DNA of 64,000 nt from a virus. The translations under genes and the position numbers were made by a program. The notes under the pieces are model-generated. The model ran no database searches and was not told the DNA's origin. It was given only the letters and a program-made list of their open reading frames with translations. The stretch spans positions 79,375 through 143,374 of the IMG/VR virus record IMGVR_UViG_3300032770_000004. One strand, 5' to 3'. Of this stretch, positions 17,889-25,888 are shown piece by piece. Within the stretch, counting starts at the first letter, position 1. The number at the start of each line of letters is the position of its first letter.

Positions 17889-18268
17889 TCGAAAAATTTC
17901 CAGTGGATATTGTGATACTTCCTTCTGAGCGAATTCACTAATCCAGCACCACCACGGCTAATCGCGGTGACCGTGACTAAATGAGGAAGCTTTTCTCGAA
18001 GAACACGGATCCACATCTTTGTTCCTAGCTTCTTGCCGCGATACTTTTTGTCAACCCAGGTACCGTAAGCGTAAAGACGGCCACGTATTAAGTCGAATCG
18101 AAAGAAGCCGACGATTTTGCCGTTCTCCTGAGCAATAATGGCGTGATCAGAAGGACCCATCCCCCAACGACATAGCGTTCGATATGCCGCAACGGGAATA
18201 TTCTCTCGTCGCTTTTTGGATTCCTGACAGATGGCGTGGCTCTTATCCACTAAGTACAATCGAATCAT
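17876..18268 (-). CDS. GNAT acetyltransferase
   Basis: TWVDKKYRGKKLGTKM acetyl-CoA motif; start moved to the ATGA overlap at 18268. Confidence 0.8.
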   Translation of the reverse strand: MIRLYLVDKSHAICQESKKRRENIPVAAYRTLCRWGMGPSDHAIIAQENGKIVGFFRFDLIRGRLYAYGTWVDKKYRGKKLGTKMWIRVLREKLPHLVTVTAISRGGAGLVNSLRRKYHNIHWKFFDYSK

Positions 18269-19488
18269 CGGGTCCTGGCTAGGTCGCGGATTACGTCGTC
18301 GATAGGATTGGTTGCGAACCCCATTGGCCTCTTCTCTTGTAGAACAGGTGGCTTCCAACCGGCATCATAGGCCTTGGTGTAGATTTCGGCCAGAATGGTC
18401 GGCGCGGTGAAGGTTCCGGGCGTGCCAGTAAGGCGCTGAAAGACTTCGTTTGCCTTTTCAACGGCAAGAGCTTCGAAAGTGATCTCGGTCGAGAGACGTC
18501 CAGGCCGGGTGATCGCCTTGTCCAGATTATCGAGCTTGGCATTAGTAGTGGCTACAATTCGAATATCGAGAACAGCACCCATGATGCCATCACCCAGATT
18601 CAGAATCGAACTAATCGCAGAAAGATCTCCATCGGCTCGATTGACGAGGCATCTATCGGCATCTTCGATAAGAAGAACGATTGGCATCTTGCCTAGATCT
18701 TCACGAAGAGACGTTAGAGCACTGAGGGAGGTTGGATTGGCAAGGACAGCGATCTCGGCCGCTGGAGTGAGTACGAATCCAACGCCCCGAGTCTCTGCAA
18801 GTAGGCCACGAAGCGCGAACGTCTTGCCTGACCCAGGAACGCCAGCAAGAATGTGTAGACGTCCCTTGGGATTTTTGGCAACGAGATCTTCCTTAATTCT
18901 GTCATAGAGGACTAGCTCGTTTTCTGTATAGTTACCGCGCTCTAGTTTATGGCCACCGGTTCCAACAGGCAGAAACTCAATCCCTTTCGGAGTAGAGCAC
19001 ATCATGTAGATAGTGCCAGCTGGAGGCTCTGGATCTACTTGTGCAGCAATATCTTTCGATAGAGTTTCGAATAGACCTTCGTCGAAACTGATTAACGTGA
19101 ATGAGCCGTACTTCGTTTCTTCGGTTCCCCCTTCTTCGGGTTTCTCTCTTTCAAATCGGCAAAAGAACGCGCCGCCAGTAAAGAAGAAGATACTGGTGTC
19201 TTCGTGGTATTCTTCAAGATACTCAACATCGAATCGCGTAATGAAGTTTGGATTCTGGCCGAGATCCGTTAGCTTGCCGAGTATGTTATCAAGAATTTCC
19301 TTGGGCTTAATCTTCCAAGAACAATTCCATGTCTTTTTCTGTACGAGGCCGATCTTTGCGCCAGTAGCTCGTAATGACATCATTGCCGCAATGACATCTG
19401 CTGCCAAAGGTATTGAACGAGCCGTTAACGGAAGAAGCTCCCACCACTTGTTATGGTCATATCCACAAAAGTCTTTGAATAGTTTCAT
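18265..19488 (-). CDS. AAA+ ATPase
   Basis: Walker A GVPGSGKT, Walker B LLIEDAD, SRH TTN..LDKAITRPGR. Confidence 0.9.
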   Translation of the reverse strand: MKLFKDFCGYDHNKWWELLPLTARSIPLAADVIAAMMSLRATGAKIGLVQKKTWNCSWKIKPKEILDNILGKLTDLGQNPNFITRFDVEYLEEYHEDTSIFFFTGGAFFCRFEREKPEEGGTEETKYGSFTLISFDEGLFETLSKDIAAQVDPEPPAGTIYMMCSTPKGIEFLPVGTGGHKLERGNYTENELVLYDRIKEDLVAKNPKGRLHILAGVPGSGKTFALRGLLAETRGVGFVLTPAAEIAVLANPTSLSALTSLREDLGKMPIVLLIEDADRCLVNRADGDLSAISSILNLGDGIMGAVLDIRIVATTNAKLDNLDKAITRPGRLSTEITFEALAVEKANEVFQRLTGTPGTFTAPTILAEIYTKAYDAGWKPPVLQEKRPMGFATNPIDDVIRDLARTR

Positions 19489-19492
19489 TCAC

Positions 19493-19777
19493 TTACCGGA
19501 TGAGTTGAACGAGCGATTCGAGGCGACGCCCGCTGATGAAGAGAAGATAGTTGCCAGCATTACTTAGGAAATAGCCATCCAGACTTCGGATGAGATACCC
19601 AGCATGATAGCACGAGTCCACAGCTTCGCCATAGACCCTCTTGACGCTCTTTTCATCGCCATGAATAGGCCAGAGCACGGAAGCACGTTCGACCAGGGCG
19701 GCCTTGTTAGGCATTCCTTGATAGTAGGTCTTGAACCATTGGACGGCGCCAAGAACGGCGATTTGCTCGATTGTCAT
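19493..19777 (-). CDS. Hypothetical protein (possible winged helix)
   Basis: ATGA overlap with upstream gene, GGAGG RBS. Confidence 0.55.
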   Translation of the reverse strand: MTIEQIAVLGAVQWFKTYYQGMPNKAALVERASVLWPIHGDEKSVKRVYGEAVDSCYHAGYLIRSLDGYFLSNAGNYLLFISGRRLESLVQLIR

Positions 19778-20469
19778 TTTTCCTCCAGCCATTTTGTCAT
19801 CACACGGATCATCAGCTCGTTAAGAGCTTCCATGTTTGGGTGGACGGGGAGGGGACTGTCCTTTTCGGCCTTCTCCATCAGAGTACGGTAATACTTGAAA
19901 GTCTTGTCGAGCGTTTCCCAGGGAACCTTGCGAGCCTTGATTGACAACAGATCCTGGCGCTGCTCTTCATTCTGCTTGACCTGAAGCTTGCCGGTCAGTA
20001 GGGCGTTGTATCCAGTGTGAAGTAGACGAACCATGTGCATGGCATCCTTGCCATCGTAGTCGAATTCACTCGGGCCAGTGATGACTCGCTTGTAGTTGCT
20101 GGAGGCATAGCCAAGGTAGGTCTTGGCGATCTTCCGAGAAAGGAAAAGGTTGCGTTCCTTCAGAATCTCCTTGGCAAGAGGGGTCACGTAGATGTGATCG
20201 GAAGCTTCGGTGAACAAAACTTCCAGTACATTGGGATTGGCTTGGGCAGCGAGACTGAATGTCTTGCGCACTTCCCAAAGAGTGAAATCCAGGCCACCTT
20301 CCATCTTTTGGATGGTCTCCGGACCACTCAAGAATCCAAGCACATGTGCGTGTTTGGGGAAAAAGAATCCACGAAAGTCTTCGTCGCTTTCGGGAGTATT
20401 CAGGCCGTAACCGTAGCTTCCCGCGCGAGTTACATAAGCCTCTTTAGGTAGAACGCTAAGGTCCAACAT
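19774..20469 (-). CDS. Pol-beta superfamily nucleotidyltransferase (RlaP/YcgL-like)
   Basis: GSYGYGLNTPESDEDFRG; NPNVLEVL; KDAMHMVRLL. Confidence 0.85.
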   Translation of the reverse strand: MLDLSVLPKEAYVTRAGSYGYGLNTPESDEDFRGFFFPKHAHVLGFLSGPETIQKMEGGLDFTLWEVRKTFSLAAQANPNVLEVLFTEASDHIYVTPLAKEILKERNLFLSRKIAKTYLGYASSNYKRVITGPSEFDYDGKDAMHMVRLLHTGYNALLTGKLQVKQNEEQRQDLLSIKARKVPWETLDKTFKYYRTLMEKAEKDSPLPVHPNMEALNELMIRVMTKWLEEK

Positions 20470-20833
20470 ACTGAGTATCTCCCATCTTCATGAGGTAATC
20501 CCATTCCTGAAGGTCACCCCACGCATTCCTTACCACATCCTCCAACAATAATACAACTGGAATCTTGATTTTCGCCATTACAGCTGCTGCGTAGCGGTGC
20601 GAGCCTGTCAGAAGTTGAATGGGTTTGGTAATGTCCCATGTCGCTTTAGGCGAAAAGAGTGATCTCGGGCCACTGATGTGGACAAATGCCGAGAAATATC
20701 CCACCAGAGCAGGTTTGGTTGTATCCCATCCGAAGCGAGCAAACTGCTCGGCCAGATCGATGACTTGCTCTGGCCGAGCAACCCTATGGGGCGGTAGGCA
20801 ATCTTCGGTATCCACCCAAATTGGATCGGCCAT
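20456..20833 (-). CDS. Small ParB/sulfiredoxin-like protein
   Basis: LLTGSHRYAAA..IPV motif. Confidence 0.65.
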   Translation of the reverse strand: MADPIWVDTEDCLPPHRVARPEQVIDLAEQFARFGWDTTKPALVGYFSAFVHISGPRSLFSPKATWDITKPIQLLTGSHRYAAAVMAKIKIPVVLLLEDVVRNAWGDLQEWDYLMKMGDTQYVGP

Positions 20834-21393
20834 TACAGGATCCTCCCGAGTACATTCCGGGTGCCATACACACGTTCCTTGTAGGCCTTGACAATAGCTC
20901 GCTTACGCCGCCGCTCGTCGCGCTTACGAGTCCTTCGACGCTTGCGCGACTCGACCGGAGCATAGCGATCCCTTCCTGCTTTGGCTAGTTCATCGACCTT
21001 GTCATTGAAGATGTCTCCGGAGTGACCTCGCACCCAGCGCTTTACGGCGCCAGCTTCAGCGAATAGCTTCTGGAGGATCTTGACAATGTCCTTGTTGGCA
21101 TTTGCCTTGTACGTACAATCGGCCAGATTCAGAGTGTACTGGCTATCGCTCACCAGTTCCACGTCGTTGCCGATGTGCAACTTTCGGTCGATGACTGCTC
21201 GTAGACCCGAGATCGCAGCCTGTAGCTCCGCGATGTTGTTAGTGCCAACTGGGCCACCTTCGCTACCGGCTGTGATGATATCTTCCCAGTCAGTTACTAA
21301 CCAGCCCATGCCGATTGGACCAAGGGCTGCCCCCGTCGAGGAGCCATCGGTGTAAACTGAAATGGTCTTCCTCTTTGGGGGCTGATCGGTCAT
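20833..21393 (-). CDS. rnhA: Ribonuclease HI
   Basis: YTDGS, TNNIAEL, SDSQY, WVRGHSG..NDKVDELA. Confidence 0.92.
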   Translation of the reverse strand: MTDQPPKRKTISVYTDGSSTGAALGPIGMGWLVTDWEDIITAGSEGGPVGTNNIAELQAAISGLRAVIDRKLHIGNDVELVSDSQYTLNLADCTYKANANKDIVKILQKLFAEAGAVKRWVRGHSGDIFNDKVDELAKAGRDRYAPVESRKRRRTRKRDERRRKRAIVKAYKERVYGTRNVLGRIL

Positions 21394-21398
21394 GGCGG

Positions 21399-21875
21399 TT
21401 AGTTTAGCAGAGGTGGAGGTGTTTTCTTCGGGGCGGTGAAAGGATTGTTAAAATCGAAGTCGACCAGCTCGGCTCCCTTGAAAGCAGCGGCCAGCGCAGG
21501 AATGGCAGCGACCAACTTGTCACGAGCCTGGGCCTCTAGGTCGTTATTGGTATCGATAGTCGGAATGGCATCCCAGGGTCGGTTCTGAACAATGTCGGCA
21601 AGCAGATCGTAGAGATCTACTGACATCAGCACTCTGGACTTAGGGCGAGCGGCCATCTGAATGGCCCAAACATTGACAGCATCGAGCACGGCAGCGCAGT
21701 CTTTGTATGCCGTGACTGCTCCAGCGACGAGCCTGGGAAGCGCTTGGGTCTTGGTAGGATTCTCCTCGATAACCTTGCGGAAATTGCGGGCGAAATGGAC
21801 GCCGAGTTCGATAATAACCAAGTCTTTAAGCGACTTCAGCTGTTCCAGAGTGAGTGACAGTTGACGTACCTTCAT
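21399..21875 (-). CDS. Hypothetical protein
   Basis: Start moved to MKVRQ with GAGG RBS. Confidence 0.6.
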   Translation of the reverse strand: MKVRQLSLTLEQLKSLKDLVIIELGVHFARNFRKVIEENPTKTQALPRLVAGAVTAYKDCAAVLDAVNVWAIQMAARPKSRVLMSVDLYDLLADIVQNRPWDAIPTIDTNNDLEAQARDKLVAAIPALAAAFKGAELVDFDFNNPFTAPKKTPPPLLN

Positions 21876-22080
21876 AATTCCTCTCGTAGACCATACAGAA
21901 ATACTTCTTGTCAAGGAAAATCACGGTTTCAGCACCGTTACTTTCCTCGACCATCCACACCAGGAGATCGGACCACTCTCCTTCGTGGGTACCGCAATCC
22001 ATACCCTCACCCGTCTGGAGGTTTCGGTAGTAGACGCTGTAACCGCCATCTATTGTCACCACGTCGAATCGGGCTTGCAT
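21826..22080 (-). CDS. Hypothetical protein
   Basis: TTGACT-16-TAGTAT promoter 6 nt upstream of the ATG. Confidence 0.6.
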   Translation of the reverse strand: MQARFDVVTIDGGYSVYYRNLQTGEGMDCGTHEGEWSDLLVWMVEESNGAETVIFLDKKYFCMVYERNYEGTSTVTHSGTAEVA

Positions 22081-22086
22081 GATGAC

Positions 22087-22114
22087 ATACTACCGAACCT
22101 CCAGAGAAAGTCAA
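22087..22114 (-). promoter_or_regulatory. Sigma70-type promoter
   Basis: TTGACT-16 bp-TAGTAT. Confidence 0.55.
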
Positions 22115-22123
22115 CACCCCACT

Positions 22124-23002
22124 TTATGCAGTGGGACGAATCGTCTTCAGGGTGTCGAGGGTGTGGTTGATCGCGGTCAGGAAGAAGTCCACGATCTCGT
22201 CGTGCTTGGTGGTCTTGAGGTACTCGAAGTCGGAGTTGCCAGTCAGGTGGGCGTGGATGGCATAGAGCACCTTCGAAGCCACCTCGTCCTCCTTGTCGCG
22301 CGACTGGTTGAAGTTGCCCATGACGTACGCCATGAGCTTCTGACCAGCATGGGTCGTCGCACGGCCCGCTCGGATGTCCTCCACGAAGTTCTTGACCTTT
22401 TGGGGGAAAGCCTCGGCAGCCAGGGTGATCGCCCCCGCTACGGGGCCACGACCAAGCCCACCACGACCCTTGAATGCCATGGCGACCTTGAGTCCTCGCT
22501 CGAAATCGTGCCTCATCATGCCAGCGAGCACCGCACTCGTACCGGTGCGACGGTGATTGAGGATCTTCTTGATTCCGTTCAACGCCTTGACCTGGAAAGC
22601 CGAATCGGGATCGCCCGTTACGAGCCGCAGAACGTCGGCCGTGCTACGGGCCGCTCCTGTATCGATCGTGTCGCGAACGTCAGGATCGATGCCGAACTTC
22701 AGGTCCACCGTCATGGAGATGCCGGACTTGATGATCGCGAGAAGACGATGCTGCCCACTGAGCAGGTTTCCTTTCTTGTCGAAAAGAATCCGCTCGCCGT
22801 TGTACTTCCACTTACCGAGCTGGAGTTCCATTGCGTACTGATCGACTCGGGTTGCCTTCACCGGCCGATTGTGCGCGTTGTGGTTGTCGAGAAGGTACTG
22901 GGCGATGACAGGAGTAATGGTCACCCCGTCTACGCTCTGGGAAGTCAGAGGCACGTCGAAAGGAGCAGGCGCCTGGGACTTGTTGTGTCGAACGATCATC
23001 AT
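22124..23002 (-). CDS. ParB-like (xGQHR) protein
   Basis: NRPV..VDQYAMEL..GKW..NGE.ILFD..GNLLSGQHRLLAI; start at 23002 with AAGGA RBS. Confidence 0.8.
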   Translation of the reverse strand: MMIVRHNKSQAPAPFDVPLTSQSVDGVTITPVIAQYLLDNHNAHNRPVKATRVDQYAMELQLGKWKYNGERILFDKKGNLLSGQHRLLAIIKSGISMTVDLKFGIDPDVRDTIDTGAARSTADVLRLVTGDPDSAFQVKALNGIKKILNHRRTGTSAVLAGMMRHDFERGLKVAMAFKGRGGLGRGPVAGAITLAAEAFPQKVKNFVEDIRAGRATTHAGQKLMAYVMGNFNQSRDKEDEVASKVLYAIHAHLTGNSDFEYLKTTKHDEIVDFFLTAINHTLDTLKTIRPTA

Positions 23003-23026
23003 GGTTTTTCCTTTTTGGAAGGGTTG

Positions 23027-23067
23027 AACTTCTTCGGATGGCAACTAATGTACCATCCGAAGAAGTT
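23027..23067. repeat. Perfect 15-bp inverted repeat overlapping the promoter of the ParB-like gene
   Basis: AACTTCTTCGGATGG-11 nt-CCATCCGAAGAAGTT; minus-strand TTGCAC-17-TACATT with the -10 between the arms. Confidence 0.85.
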
Positions 23068-23079
23068 TTGTGCAAGACT

Positions 23080-23290
23080 TCAGATGTTGACCTCGGCAAA
23101 CAGGGTGTCGAGGGCGTCTTCGAACTTCGGGCCCGTGCCTTCAGCCTCGAAGGCGCTCTCTTCGTCGGTCACCTTGATGGTGATGCCTCGCCCCGTCGAA
23201 ATCGTGAAAACTGGAATGGAATCGGGGGTTCTTGGCGTTGCGGGTGACGAGGTAGGCGACGGCGCATCCCTTCTGGTTTTTCGGTACCGC
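23080..23290 (-). pseudogene. Start-less, frameshifted coding remnant
   Basis: Two codon-biased segments in different frames joined at a C5 run. Confidence 0.4.
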
Positions 23291-24514
23291 TTACTTCCAG
23301 CCCTCCGAAATCCAGCGACCGGCCAGCTGCTGGTAGCGGCGGGCCTCGGCCACCGTGGTCTCGCGGCCCAGAACCGCGTAGGCAGCCGCCACGTGAGCCG
23401 CGCTGCCCTGGGGGATGCGACCCAGGCGCTCCTCGGACTCCAGAACCCCCTGGAGCTTCGCGCGGTCGTCGCCCTCGAAACCGAACCCCTGCTCCTCGAT
23501 GGCGTCCAGAAGAATCGCGAACCGGGTCTGGGGGTCAACCTTGTTGAAGGTCTCCTCGGTCATGCCCTCGGGGAAGCGCTTCAGCGAGGCATCCCAGAGC
23601 GCGGGCAGCTCCTTCGCGGCCTCAGTGACCTTCGCGATGTCCGACTTCATGCGGTCAGCCGCGATCTTGGTCTTCTCCTCGGTGCCGAACCGGGCCGGGG
23701 CCGTGTGGCGTCGGCGAGTCGCGGTGCGGTCATCCTCGACGGTGACGTCCAGCTCGTGCGAGATCTGGCCAGCCGAGAAGTCCACCACGGTGTCGGTCAC
23801 CGAGAGGTACGCACCGCCCCAGAAGCTCAGCGAAGCGGCGCCGACCTCGGAGTTGCGGAAGTACACCACCGAGCGAACGACGCCGCAGCCGGTCGGGGTC
23901 GCGGTCGGGAGGATCACATGGCCGTTGGTCTGAGTGGCCGCGCGAGTCACCGAAGCGTTGCTGTTCTCGGGGAGCGAGGACTTGAGGACGTTCATCATGT
24001 TGCGGTCATCGAAGGCGGTCAGGCCGTGACGCGGAGTCACGACGGCGCGAATGGTCCGAACGTTCTTCTCCAGGGAGACGTAGGTGCGGAAGACCACCGG
24101 CTCGTTGCCGCGCACGGAGCGGTCGCGAATCTCGGCGTACATCATCGACCGGGTGCGGGGAGCGTACCACGCGAGGTTGTGCGACATGTAGCTGGGGTGG
24201 GCGACCTTCTGCATTGCCACGTTCACCAGCTGCGAAACCGCGTGCGGGGTGATCGCGTAGGCGGGAGCCGAAGGATCGCGACGGTCGACCGCCACGGCAC
24301 CATCGGTCGGGAACAGGCCAGTGGTCGGGAGGCGCACCAGGACGTCCTGGAGCTGCTCGCGGTCGATCTGGGCCTCCCAGCGGGCGAAAGTCGACAGCAT
24401 GGTATCGCGGGCCTGCATCCAGCGACCCAGGCCCTCGGAGGGGAGCCACGCGTCAAAGTTGAACGGGGTGCGGCTCGGAATCACGGGGGCGGTCTGCTCA
24501 GCGGGGGTGTTCAT
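23291..24514 (-). CDS. DUF932-like protein
   Basis: AITPHAVSQL, IRAVVTPRH..DDR, YFRNSEVGAASLSF pattern; strong GC3 bias. Confidence 0.6.
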   Translation of the reverse strand: MNTPAEQTAPVIPSRTPFNFDAWLPSEGLGRWMQARDTMLSTFARWEAQIDREQLQDVLVRLPTTGLFPTDGAVAVDRRDPSAPAYAITPHAVSQLVNVAMQKVAHPSYMSHNLAWYAPRTRSMMYAEIRDRSVRGNEPVVFRTYVSLEKNVRTIRAVVTPRHGLTAFDDRNMMNVLKSSLPENSNASVTRAATQTNGHVILPTATPTGCGVVRSVVYFRNSEVGAASLSFWGGAYLSVTDTVVDFSAGQISHELDVTVEDDRTATRRRHTAPARFGTEEKTKIAADRMKSDIAKVTEAAKELPALWDASLKRFPEGMTEETFNKVDPQTRFAILLDAIEEQGFGFEGDDRAKLQGVLESEERLGRIPQGSAAHVAAAYAVLGRETTVAEARRYQQLAGRWISEGWK

Positions 24515-24529
24515 TGTCTTGCCTTTCGT

Positions 24530-24576
24530 ACTGCGAGTATGGAAAGAGTATACAGCCGTCCTTTTGGAATGTCAAC
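24530..24576 (-). promoter_or_regulatory. Strong sigma70 promoter with conserved CCATACTCGCAGT leader (copy 1)
   Basis: TTGACA-17-TATACT followed by a 13-nt element shared with copy 2. Confidence 0.85.
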
Positions 24577-24594
24577 AGGGGTCGAACAATATTT

Positions 24595-25167
24595 TCAGCC
24601 ACCCAGCACGGTCCTGAAGTAGAAACCACCCAGACCCTTCTCGCAGGGCTCCCATTCACAGGTCATGCCATACTTGATACCCAGGAGCTTAGCCTCAGTC
24701 ACAGCTTCCCGGCTGGGCGAGGTGGTGCCCTGGGCGTCGACATCCTCGTAGCTCCAGCCGCAGCGGTCGGTATGCGTATCGAGGCACAGCACGGTATCAT
24801 TGAAGAGCTTTTCGAGGTAGCCCAGCTTCACGAGCTTGCCGAGCCGCTCGTTGGCATCATTCATGAATGCATCCATGTCGATCTTGATGGGCAACGCGAA
24901 AGAGGCGTCGTAGAGGTACCCGATCCGGGCGTTGTTGGTGGTGAAGTAGACCACGGCGAGAGCGCCCTCGGGCATGTTCGCCTCTTTCCGGGCGTAAACC
25001 CAGTGGCAACGACGGGAGGTGACATTCCCGTTGGGTTGACGCACGAAGTCACGGTCATTCATGTCCTGAACGAAGGCGTACACGTACAGCCGGTTGTAGT
25101 CCAGAATCGGGCAGTCGGTCAGGTTGGATTCAACAAACTTGTAGAGCTTCTTGTTCGCCATGTCCAT
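24595..25167 (-). CDS. Hypothetical early protein
   Basis: GC3-biased ORF with GAGG RBS, behind a consensus promoter. Confidence 0.75.
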   Translation of the reverse strand: MDMANKKLYKFVESNLTDCPILDYNRLYVYAFVQDMNDRDFVRQPNGNVTSRRCHWVYARKEANMPEGALAVVYFTTNNARIGYLYDASFALPIKIDMDAFMNDANERLGKLVKLGYLEKLFNDTVLCLDTHTDRCGWSYEDVDAQGTTSPSREAVTEAKLLGIKYGMTCEWEPCEKGLGGFYFRTVLGG

Positions 25168-25175
25168 CCTCGGTA

Positions 25176-25221
25176 ACTGCGAGTATGGTACAAGTATACA
25201 CTCCCCAAAAATAATGTCAAC
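25176..25221 (-). promoter_or_regulatory. Strong sigma70 promoter with conserved CCATACTCGCAGT leader (copy 2)
   Basis: TTGACA-16-TATACT followed by the same 13-nt element. Confidence 0.85.
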
Positions 25222-25224
25222 AGC

Positions 25225-25500
25225 CTACTTCACGTCTGCTTCAATCATCTTAATCGCTTCGTCAATTACTTGTCTGGCCCAGTCATCGAACGACATATCT
25301 GCTGGTTTTTCTAGCAAGTAAGTACTACCTTCAGCGCCGCCGTGCTTGCAATAGAACTCCACTACGCTGAATTGGACTCCACTGACTTCAAGAAGAGTGC
25401 TTACTCTCATCAGCAAGGCTTCCACTGAAGTAGCATACATCCGAGGGGCTTTGGCCGTATCAGTGAGCATCCTGATGATTTTAGGGGTTAGAGCATTCAT
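25225..25500 (-). CDS. Hypothetical protein
   Basis: ATGA overlap with upstream gene. Confidence 0.65.
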   Translation of the reverse strand: MNALTPKIIRMLTDTAKAPRMYATSVEALLMRVSTLLEVSGVQFSVVEFYCKHGGAEGSTYLLEKPADMSFDDWARQVIDEAIKMIEADVK

Positions 25501-25742
25501 TTTTTGGAAGCGTAAATCGGCGTTCGCTTAGGAGGGGGAAACTTAATGTTCCTAAATTCTTCAATGGTTATGCGCCCGGATAATAGATCTTGATAGGCCG
25601 AGGCAACGACTCCCGGATATTCGACCATCCAACCGATGATTTGACGGCGATCTCGCTGGATTACCTTGATCAGAATTGTTGTATAAATCACTATGGCAAA
25701 TGCCACCAACAACAAACCCCAAGCAGATCCGATGGTTAACAT
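25497..25742 (-). CDS. Small membrane protein
   Basis: N-terminal TM helix. Confidence 0.6.
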   Translation of the reverse strand: MLTIGSAWGLLLVAFAIVIYTTILIKVIQRDRRQIIGWMVEYPGVVASAYQDLLSGRITIEEFRNIKFPPPKRTPIYASKK

Positions 25743-25751
25743 AATCCCCGA

Positions 25752-25880
25752 CTACCGAGTCGCACAGTAGCAAGCCTTATTAAAGGAGGACACCGATGGC
25801 TTGAAACTCATTCGAGGAAAAACACCCCGTGGGGGCCAGGAGGAATCGAGGAACCCCACGGGGCGCGGGTGACACCGCTA
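25752..25880 (-). ncRNA. Candidate structured RNA downstream of Ro60/TROVE with UCCUCCU loops
   Basis: Four hairpins occupy most of the intergenic space; G-U pairs form only on the minus strand. Confidence 0.45.
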
Positions 25881-25888
25881 CAAACCGA

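Noticed and set aside
22079-24622. 847-aa plus-strand ORF
   Set aside because: Antisense shadow of GC3-biased minus-strand genes; no recognisable motifs, and promoters and RBSs point the other way.
25743-25888. Canonical Y RNA (YrlA) or tRNA
   Set aside because: No TTCRA T-loop arm, cloverleaf or recognisable Ro-binding bulged helix found by eye; kept only as a non-canonical candidate.
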